Assembly: GCA_051294375.1 (NCBI GenBank)
Contig: CM119266.1
Location: 6,589,431 to 6,653,430 of the forward strand
DNA from: Paraspadella gotoi
Lineage: Eukaryota; Animalia; Chaetognatha
DNA: 64,000 nt
Direction of reading: 5' to 3'
Shown here piece after piece: positions 54,801 to 64,000 of this stretch. Numbering within the stretch: position 1 is the stretch's first letter; each line of letters begins with the position of its first letter. The translations under genes and the position numbers were made by a program. The notes under the pieces were generated by a model, which had not been told where the DNA came from, ran no database searches, and saw only the letters and a program-made list of their open reading frames with translations.

Positions 54801-57800
54801 AAATTGTTGAATATGAACTTGAACTTGACTAGTTGAAGTTCAAGTCACTTTAAAACAAGAAGGGTTAAAATTGGACCAAGTTACACTTCTCGGCTTTAAC
54901 TTAATTTGGCAGATTAGCCTAAGGAGATAATGTTAAAACAAAATCCCTATCCTGGCGGGACGATGAAAAATATTTCAATAATATAAATTACTTGTATCCA
55001 ATAGTTTTGTTCCCATTTTCCCAACAGAAATAGATAAATGGCAAGACCCCAAATGACGTAAACGACCGCGGTCTTCATGAGGTACCACCGATAATCGGTC
55101 ACAAAGAAACCCTCTTCTTCAACTTCCTTCTGAAGTTTTCGACAAGCGACCACGTAATCCGAGGGCTCGTAGTCCGACAAGTAGCCGATCTTGACAGAAA
55201 AAAATAAGTGCAGATAAGAGAAACTCGTTTTTTTTTCACTGATAAAATAAAAAGGTTACGCCTTATCTGCACCTTCATCGCTGGTAGATACTTGACGACC
55301 GAAGGCGGGTGCATCTGATGTACCAAGTCTGTCGCATCGCGGCCGCCCATGCTGTAGATGACTTTTTTTCCACCTGCGAGGTGTTAAGGAAATAATAGAG
55401 GCTTTTCTGAGAGAAATCCAGGCATTTTAATCTCCGATCCCTTACCTGGATGGCGCGGGATCCATTTGGTGACGTCATAGACGAAACCGTCGATGATCAA
55501 CCAGCAGTCATCTTCTTTGTCATGCTCGAGCACCTCCGCCGTCGTGTAGCCTTTCAGTCTCCCGTTCTCCCCTCTTTTTGTCACGGTCGTCTCGGGCTTC
55601 GCGCCCTCCAGGGGCCGAAACGCGATACCGTCCGATGCTTGCGTCACGTAGTTGTTCTCGGTAACTTTTTCGGAAGGCGGTGGCATCGTTTTTGATGGAA
55701 GCTTTTTACCCCCGCTTTTGTTCATTTGATAAAACTGTGATTAAATAGTAGGGTTTATATAAACACGTGCACTTTGTGCTATAACGCATTATATAGATTC
55801 AGTTCGGTTTTACGGAATTATTTTAAATCCAAAACACTCAAAATAAAAAATTTGGCCAACTTTTCATTGAATAACCGGATTTAATTTTGTGACTCAACAC
55901 ACACAAAAATGTTCCTTAAAAATCGGTGAAAAGTCGAGTGAGTTAAAAGAAAAAGGTTTTATGTTGACGTTCCCTTTTCCCCTTTTGGACGTGTTTTTTT
56001 TTTTTTTTTTTTTTTTTTTTGTTCCGTAATCGGCGAAGCTGCTGTGCAAATTCTCTTGTTCGAATCGGACCATCGAACCACACATCTTTCTTCGCTTCCT
56101 CTTCCTACTCCTCCCGCTCCCCTTCAAAACCGGACCGCAACTCAAAAGCCCTCGACTCTGATTGGTCCTGAGTCTTCGATTCTTTACGCCATTGGTCGGA
56201 TCTAGTCGTCTCGTTGGCTGACGGAGTTGCGCGATTGGCTCTTCGTCTTTATGTGTACCGGCCGTGAACTTAGATTTTGCATATCGGGCAGGGTTTAATA
56301 TAATTTTTTTAAAGAAATTGAAGGAAGATAATTGACTGGCGAGGACACTTAAAAAACTATTAAGCTGTTAAACATTTGAAAAAATTAAAGAAAAAAAAAA
56401 ATTGAGAAATTAGATATATTTTTAATAAAACCTTTTCCCCCTGAGTTTCGTAATTGTATATATTTTCTTTAATTTTTATTAATTGTTTATCGACGAAAAC
56501 CCGTTGGCAATCTGCTTACGCTCGACAATGGCAGCAACTTTAAGAGACTTGAATGGGTCGCGATAACCTCGAGAGAATTTAGATTTAAACTTTTAGTTAA
56601 ACAGGGTCTTAATCGAATAACGTTTGAGACAGGTGACGGGAGATTGTGCTTGTAAGGAGTATTGATTAGCGTTGTATTTGTACATCGCGCCCGGTCAATG
56701 ACATGTCATGTCTCTTTCTCTCTCTCTATCTCTATCTCTCTCCTCTTTCCAGGCGAATCCGGTTTAGGAAAGTCGACTCTCATCAACTCCCTCTTCCTCA
56801 CCGAACTCTACTCGGCTTCGGAATATCCCGGCCCCTCCCATCGCATCAAAAAGACAGTCAATGTGAGTAGAGTCAGGGTAATAATATACGGGACTTTTAC
56901 TGTTAGGCCAGTTAAATCCGGGATACCGTTAGTGCAATTACTTAAGAAATTATATGAGAACTAATATAAACTGCTACTACTTGCCAAGTAGATTAAGGAA
57001 CGCTATATCTTTTAAAAGGAAAAAAAGTAAACTCTGCAACATAAGGCCAATTAAATCCAGGGCAGCAGTAGTGCATTTACGTTACGGACACCGTAACGTA
57101 ATACCGGCTCTCTGACCATTTGGCGACTTCAACATCCATTTTCCCTTTCTCAGGTGGAAACATCAAAAGTCGTGTTGAAAGAGGGCGGCGTCCAATTGAC
57201 GCTAACGATCGTCGACACGCCGGGTTTCGGAGACGCCGTCGACAATAGCAACTGGTCAGTATGACATTGAAAAACTATTTATAAATATCAATTTGTCTCA
57301 ATAAATATGCGACATTTGATATCTCTCGCAGTTGGCAGCCAATCACAGATTTTATCGAAACCAAGTATGAAGAATATCTCAACTCTGAATCTCGGGTAAG
57401 TTAACTGTTGTTGGGGCAGAAGTGGTTTGGTTTTTCGGTGGGGGCAAAAAAAGGTCGAATTGATCGGACACGACGTCCCTCAAGTCAATGACTCATTTCG
57501 AAAATCCTAATTTTTCAGGTGGAAAGAACTCGAACGCCTGACAATCGCGTGCACTGCTGCCTGTACTTCATCGCTCCCAGCGGACACGGGTATTGTTCTT
57601 GTCCCCCCCCCATTTGTTTTTCCTTTTTTTTCCCCCCCTTTTTTTCCCATTTTTGTCCTTTTTTTCCCTTTTGTGTCCCCTTTTGATTTTATGATTAATT
57701 TTTTTTAATTTTGGGAAATACTAGTTAAAGGACAAACCCGCTTGTAGAGATAAGCCGAAGTTTGGGCCTCTAATTTTGACTCTGTTTGATTGTTCAATGA

Positions 57801-60344
57801 TGGCGGCTGCAGAACGGAAAAATTGATAATCGTATTAATCATAATCCTTGTCTGGTCATTTTAAAGTTTTTATTTTTCAGCCATTAATGTTTGATTACTG
57901 GTTTCCTCCATCATTTTACTTGTATATATGAGCTCTTAAAGATTCTCTTTGATTCTACTAACTCCTTTTCACACACTATAAACTAATTAATTTTTCGTTG
58001 TCCCCTTGTCCCCTCCCTGCCCGCCTAAAGCCTGAAGCCCCTCGACATTGAGTTCATGAAACGCCTCCACGACAAAGTCAACATAGTGCCGTTGTCGCCA
58101 AGGCGGACACCCTCACGCCCGACGGGTGTTCTCAGTTCAAAAAGACCATCCTCAACGAGATCGCCCAACACGGGATCAAGATCTACGAGTTTCCCGACAC
58201 CGACGACGATGAAGAGTCGCGCACCCAACGCGCCTTCAAGGACAGGGTCCCCTTCGCCGTCGTCGGCTCCAACACCACCGTCGAGGTCAACGGCAAGAAA
58301 GGTGTGTGCGTTGATAAGTTAGCTTTACATAATATGTTCGTTTAAGGCTTTTTAAATGTAAAAATGAACTAAGAAAATATTGATGAGAATTGCCATCTTT
58401 ATATCCAGTTCGAGGCCGCCAGTATCCGTGGGGCATCGTCGAGGTGGACAACATCGGCCACTGCGACTTCCTCGCCCTCCGCAACATGGTCATTAGAACT
58501 CACATGCAGGACCTCAAAGACGTCACCAATAACGTTCACTACGAAAACTTCCGGTGGGAATCCACTCTTTAGTTTTATTTATTATTATTTCAATCCCTCG
58601 GTTAATACCATTTTGTTTCAAGACTTGGCGTTTTTGATGTTGTTTTTTGTTTAATCCGCTTTACTTCGCAGCATTGATCCGTTCATATTTCGATTCGGAT
58701 TTCTCCCGCGCTTGTTCTCTGATAAGATTTATTTTTCATTACGCACACTCCCTGTGTGTTACATCTTTTCGTCATCGTCTTTGTCTAAATTTATGACGTA
58801 ACTTCTAAATCTCTCATGACGATATTGATTAACCTCCCCACTCATTCCGCCCCCCGTTTCCCCCCCATTCTCCAGGTACCGGAAGTTGGCGGGCGCTCTT
58901 AGTGGAGACGCCAAGAACAAGAACTTCACCAAGAGTCCCATCCTCCAGATGGAGGAGGAGAAGAAAGAGCACGAGGTCAAGATGAAGAAGATGGAGGCGG
59001 AGATGGAGCAAGTCTTCGAGATGAAGGTCACGATCTACTCGATCTTCTCGATTAATTGAAATTAATTAAATTTAATTAAATGGATTAAAATCTTTTATAA
59101 CTTCATTTAAAAAAAAACAACCCCCAGGTCAAAGAGAAGAGGCAAAAATTGAAAGACTCCGAGGCCGACCTCCAGCGGCGACACGAACAGATGAAGAAGA
59201 GTTTGGAACAACAGGTTTTTTCCTATTATTTTCAATTAATAATTAATTAAATTATTAGTCTCGTTGAGAGCTAGAGAATCCACTCGTTACAATTTTCAGG
59301 CGAAGGAGATGGAGGATAAGATGCGAGCCTTCGAAATGGAGAAGGCGGCCTGGGACGAGGAGCAGCGAGAAGCGGAACAGACGTTGCGAAGGAAGAGTTT
59401 GGAATCCAATGCTTCCAAAGAGTGAGTCGGGCCACGCCCATTTATTTCCTTATTTTTTTGGGGGGGTGGGTGGGCGATTAACCGCGTTCAGGTTTTGTTA
59501 TTTTTGACTTTGTTGCGCGTTTCAACGAATTCATTATCATTTCCTAGTTCCCTTGATATGAAATGGAGGTAACCTAGTATCCTGCCCCCTAACGCCATTA
59601 GTCCTTTTTAGTCTTTTTCCTTCTTTTTCTCCCTCATCACCGCGAAACCGCGATTTTTTTTTTCGCCATCCAGTTTTCCTGGGCCAAGATTTCACGGTCT
59701 TGGCAATTTTTACGGACACGAAGCCGGCGATAGTTCAGAGTGAGCTAGAATGTTTTTCTCTCTCTAATTGGCGCGTTTTTTTTTTTAATTGTTGGGTTTT
59801 ATTTTTTTTTATTAATAGCTGCCCCAAAATCGGCTTAGAATTTTTTATCTGTTGCCATTTGTGCGGGACTTTGTTCGTAGTTAAAACTGTTTCAGTACTT
59901 GAAAAGCGGGTAGTTAGAGATAAGATGACAGTTTGCGAAAATACCTTGTTCATGTTTTCCCCCTGTCATCCTTTTCCGGCTTTTTTGATTTATTAAAAGT
60001 CTGAAAAGTAAAAATGCAAATGTTTGAAGTGCGCTCCCCCTTACTCTTTTTGGGTCAGACACCGTTGAATTGTGGAGAATGTATTCTAAATACTTGAAAA
60101 AAATTCATGGGTCGATCAGAACGACAAAGGTCTTCAAAATTGATATTTCACTAACAATAACAAAGATCGAGTGAAAATATTAAAACATCGAAAAAATAAT
60201 CACAATGATGATGGGATATTGAACCGACTATCGTTTATTATTTATTATTATTATTCATTTACATTTATTGTCTCTTTGTTTTTATTTTTCAGTTCGTTGG
60301 ACGGAAAGGACAAAAAGAAGGACAAGAAGAAACATCTCTTCTGA
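48851..60344 (+). CDS. SEPT7: Septin-7 / peanut, common exons (~514 aa); one apparent 1-nt deletion near 58089
   Basis: Exons 48851-49011, 52169-52377, 56753-56862, 57154-57254, 57332-57395, 57519-57589, 58031-58301, 58409-58553, 58876-59026, 59128-59214, 59300-59421, 60293-60344. Motifs [69 protein letters not shown], coiled coil [13 protein letters not shown], and SEPT7-type C-terminus [10 protein letters not shown]. Confidence 0.95.
51054..51800. repeat. Diverged direct repeat (~250-bp copies, ~490-bp period) in a GC-richer insert; possible mobile-element remnant
   Basis: 51054-51308 aligns by eye with 51545-51797 (shared CCTGTGATGCC, GCAACGTAGAGGGAA, CTGGGATGGTGTGTTC, GGATTTGGCTGAAG, GGTGTGAATATAC). 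The spacer contains GGGCATAGGCGTTTGTCGTAGCG twice. Confidence 0.8.
53367..55725 (-). CDS. Cytochrome b5-fused front-end desaturase, sphingolipid delta-8 desaturase (SLD)-like (~504 aa, 10 exons), antisense within a septin intron
   Basis: Exons 55725-55446, 55373-55273, 55189-54992, 54745-54564, 54499-54317, 54255-54189, 54121-53999, 53933-53853, 53767-53695, 53593-53367 (1515 nt, phases consistent). Motifs: b5 HPGG and GRDATD; His boxes HDAGH, HNVHH, QTAHH; [42 protein letters not shown]. Confidence 0.92.
56161..56238 (-). promoter_or_regulatory. CCAAT-box cluster upstream of the desaturase
   Basis: ATTGG on + (CCAAT on -) at 56161, 56191 and 56234, ~440-510 bp upstream of the ATG at 55725. 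Confidence 0.5.
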
Positions 60345-62689
60345 GGCAAAAAGTCTTTTAGCTCAAAGTCCATCCCTTCAAAGCGTAACTGCCATCTTTA
60401 CTTACCGAACTCACGGAATAACTTCGGATTCCTTCCCTTTGGGTCCCGCAACTCTTCGATCCTTATGACGTCGCCATCGGTGCGTCGCGCAATAGAATCG
60501 CGGAGAGGCCCCGATTTCTCCTCGCGCCACCTTTGCCCTCATTGAAGCTTTACCCTGCCACTCCCTCTCCCCCAACCTCTTTTTATTCCCTGCGGATCTT
60601 CTTTAAAATCCTCGGCCACCCTTTCAATCTTCCCTCGATATTCTTTGAAAGGATGTTCTTCTCATTTTTGATCCGATCCTTAAATTCACTTCGATTCCTG
60701 AAGACTAAGAATCTTTGAACTCCAAATTTACTCTTTCCTCGGAACGTCTGTGCATCGATTACGAATTCCCCTCGTCCATATATTGAGCCCACATTCTTCC
60801 CGCCCTTTTTCTCTTGCCTATTTCTTTATTATCTTTCTTTTTTTTTTTCATTGCCATCTGCTTGTTGTCTCTCTCTCTCTCTCTCTCTCTCCCTCTCCCT
60901 TTTCTTCCCAAGCGCCGTTTCTTTCTTCCAGACGACATTCTTTTTCGAATATCATTAATACTTAAAACAGAAAAGCGTCATTTGATAATTTCGCCGTGAA
61001 AAGGTTCACCTTCTTTACATGTCCGTGGTGATATAAAGCGATTGTAATCAGTTGTAGCCGTAAACTTGTATTTATTGTAACGATACGAACAGAAAAGGTG
61101 AAAGACGTAGCGCGATGTCTAATACTTAAAAAGAGTTATCTATTACAAAATTTTGTAAAATATACATTTAAATGTACAAAAAACTTAGTTTCGGCGTCGT
61201 TTCGGGCGCGTTTAAATACTAGAGTAGAATGAGGCTCTGTAATTTTTCGGATTATTTTTAATGATTTTGTTCCCTTTATTTTGAGATCAACCTGAGACCA
61301 CTGGTTCTTACTTGCAGGAAATCAAAAAAGGGGACCTTTGCTGTCGACAAGCAAATCCTCTTTATCATTTAAAGAACCCCGTGGTCTCGGGAAAAAATTA
61401 TACTCGTTTATTTAAATTCTACGTCAGTTTTGTTGGCTTGTGCATGGAAAAAAAATTACATTGCGGAATACGGAGTGCCGACGTCAATAAGTTTGATTAC
61501 GTTGTCTTTTATTAAACTTGAATATTGATTGATACCATTTTTCCTTTTCTTTAGTGCCTTTGTTACTTTTATCCTGCAGACCAAGAAGCAAGCTTTGCAG
61601 CTAGCCAGCTATTTACTATTTAGCTAAAAAACTTGACAACCGAATTTTATGCAAATGTAAACTTTCGTTGTCTAATGTGGCCGAATTCCATATGTACCTA
61701 AACGAAAGCAATTGGGGGAAATAAAAAGTGGCCGACTCGGAAGAAGCCAGCGCAATAATTCTGCTTTGCTGCTGATTTGGTGCCGCCGCCGCAGCTGCCC
61801 TCCATGGAGGTGAGGTTATTGTGATTGTTGTTTCTAACGGTGCCGAACGTTAACGATCATTGTCACGAAGCGAATACCTGAAAAGATTAATATATCAAGC
61901 GACTCGGTTAAAACATTTCAACATTACGACATTTTCTTTGAGTACGTAGCTTAGTTAACCTATTTAAGAGAATGTTTATTTAATATCTAATTCTTATAAA
62001 TATATTGAATTTAAAATATCAGCACTCGTCAAACAAAAAAGCATCCGCAGATCCTCGTCGAATCCTCGCGCGCGGTCTCGAGATCGAGGCTTGTTTTTCG
62101 AGGCTGGAGTCGCCGGTCCGTCACTCTTGCATCAGCCGTAGCCTCTCGCCATGTGTTTCGTTGCTTGAAGTTCGATTTCGTTGGACCTTTTAACGCGACG
62201 TCGGACAATTATTTTTTCTTCTTTTTTCGTTTCAAAATCTGCGGCGGGACAACTAAATCACCAAATATGCATTCTGCTTTCTTTGTTTTCTTATTAATTT
62301 GTTTCTCGGACACGTGACTTGCATGAGAGTTTTTGATCGCGTTTCGTACGATCTAAAATCAGTTTTTTTGTGACGACACTACGTATGAGACGAGTCATAC
62401 TGAAGACCAAACCTAAAACTTATCTCTCGGAAAGAGTTTCTATTTTAAGATGGTGAAATAAAATCGTTTCGGATCATTTCTTGCGGGTTAGCACGATTTC
62501 AATGGGTCTTAAACTTCGTCTTAAACTTCTCGTTATGTTGTGTACTAACTTTCTAAATCTGTTTTCCTCTTTCCCTTTTCGGCGCCCTTAATCTCTACCC
62601 CTCCTTCTTCACCACTTTGATTTCAACAACATTCAATATCCAGCGTTTAACTTCTTCCTCCAGGCTCAGTCTCTCTAAAACCTCGGAAA

Positions 62690-63970
62690 ATGTCCGACCC
62701 AAACTTTATTTTCGATTTTCCCCTCAAAGCCGCCGCCGCCGTCGGCGCTGAAATCTTAATTCTCTTAGCGACGCCCGATGGAAAGAGACGCGTTTGCGGA
62801 TCGAAGAAAATGACGGAGGCTTTCGTCGCCGGCGAATTGAAACCGAGCTTCGACGACGTCTTGGTCAAACCGGAGGAGGCGCCATCTTCTTTCAAAGAGA
62901 CGAAGCTGTTCGAGTCGATCCCGTCGAGTTCCGTCGAAGATTCAGCGTCGCCTTTCGTTTCCCTCGACTCTTCAGATTCGGTTCCTTTGCTAATTAGTCA
63001 GTCAGTCGATGAAAGTGACGCTTTCCAATCCAATCGCCCAATCGAAAACGTTTCGCCGTCCGTACTCGATCTTGTGTCTCAAGTTGATCTAGTTAAAGAT
63101 GCGCAGTTGGAAATCTTTCGACCTAAATGTGTTGAAGACGAAAACTTGGTGTTTCAAGTTGCTGCGGAAGCGAATGCTGTTAAGCCTGAAGGTGCTACTG
63201 AAGTGAATTTGCTGGAGCTTGATTGTGATGCAGAAATGAATAGCGTTGAACTTCTCCCTGATCCAGGATCTGGAGGCATTATCGCTTCATCAGACTTAAA
63301 TATAGTGAAAATTGAACACAGTGATGATGTTCATATTTTAGAAACAGATGATTGTTCCTCAGAAGTTGAGGTGATTGAGATGCATTGTCCGAAAGAAGTT
63401 GAACTCATTGAAATCGATGACGTTGTCGCCACTTCTTCAGAAACGAATGAGATTCAGGAAGCTGTAATTGAAGGCGGGTCAATAGAAACAAACCATTTTC
63501 CACGATTTACTAGAACGAAGAACTTTCGCTCGTTGATTCTTCCATCGGAAATCCAGGCGTTCGATCTCGCTTGGGCGACGATACAGATCATCTCTAATCC
63601 TACAACCGCCTTTAGCGACGGCTCCTTAGAGAATACCTCGCTACGCACCGTCATGTCAACTTTTGGCAAAGCCCACGCGCGCCTTTGTCCTTGCCCTTCC
63701 TCCACAACCAAAGAATTCGAAAACAATTTTTTTTTTAGTCTCGTGGAATTGTTCTCCATGATGCACAGGCTCAATTCTATTGACTGTCGACCCTTTTTAG
63801 CCGAAGGAAAGAACATGGCTAAAATCGTTTCTCAAATTAAAGAGTTTCGTTACATGGCGAGAATGGCCAGGTTGGCGTTTTTAGCCGAAGCCAATGTCTC
63901 TAAAACTCCCGGCAAAAAAATTTTGCCTTTTGAACACATCTGTGCCAAAAAGAAAAAAAGGCACTTTTAA
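62690..63970 (+). CDS. Uncharacterised single-exon protein (426 aa): short structured N-terminus, acidic linker, helical Cys-containing C-terminal region
   Basis: 1281-nt ORF with AAAATG start context, non-repetitive protein-like composition; no family confidently recognised. Confidence 0.75.
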   Translation: MSDPNFIFDFPLKAAAAVGAEILILLATPDGKRRVCGSKKMTEAFVAGELKPSFDDVLVKPEEAPSSFKETKLFESIPSSSVEDSASPFVSLDSSDSVPLLISQSVDESDAFQSNRPIENVSPSVLDLVSQVDLVKDAQLEIFRPKCVEDENLVFQVAAEANAVKPEGATEVNLLELDCDAEMNSVELLPDPGSGGIIASSDLNIVKIEHSDDVHILETDDCSSEVEVIEMHCPKEVELIEIDDVVATSSETNEIQEAVIEGGSIETNHFPRFTRTKNFRSLILPSEIQAFDLAWATIQIISNPTTAFSDGSLENTSLRTVMSTFGKAHARLCPCPSSTTKEFENNFFFSLVELFSMMHRLNSIDCRPFLAEGKNMAKIVSQIKEFRYMARMARLAFLAEANVSKTPGKKILPFEHICAKKKKRHF

Positions 63971-64000
63971 AATCATGTTATATCATGAGGAACCTCGTGC

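Noticed and set aside
48851-60344. Septin as a pseudogene
   Set aside because: Only one lesion, in a short C run; all other exons, splice sites and motifs are intact, so an assembly error is more likely.
61292-61389. Imperfect ~18-bp inverted repeat as a MITE
   Set aside because: Short, mismatched, no target-site duplication seen, and copy number cannot be checked.

Overview
Eukaryotic, almost certainly invertebrate animal, genomic DNA: AT-rich microsatellite-laden introns, GC- and CpG-rich exons, GT-AG splicing, and one 10-N gap at 29720-29729. Gene models were built by hand from splice signals and reading-frame phase. (1) The 5' part of DCAF15 (- strand, runs off the left edge). (2) An 8-exon, ~520-aa divergent CK2-alpha-like kinase (+, 5304-7875) with an N-terminal transmembrane signal-anchor that predicts type II topology and a luminal kinase domain. 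(3) A septin-7/peanut locus (+) with core exons at 48851-60344, apparently fed by at least three phase-compatible alternative 5' exon sets (8097-10847; 35149-35359 plus 38351-38514; 46148-46918) across ~52 kb. (4) Two antisense genes nested in the septin introns: a transglutaminase with catalytic Cys->Pro and His->Asp (15972-19418) and a fungal/plant-type cytochrome-b5 sphingolipid delta-8-like desaturase (53367-55725). (5) An orphan single-exon 426-aa ORF (62690-63970). Non-coding highlights: several AG|GTAA zero-length-exon (recursive splice) candidates in the long septin introns, a minimal Penelope-type hammerhead ribozyme motif at 12615-12650, CCAAT clusters, and a diverged ~490-bp-period duplication at 51 kb. 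No database searches were possible; family calls rest on remembered motifs and exon joins are predictions.
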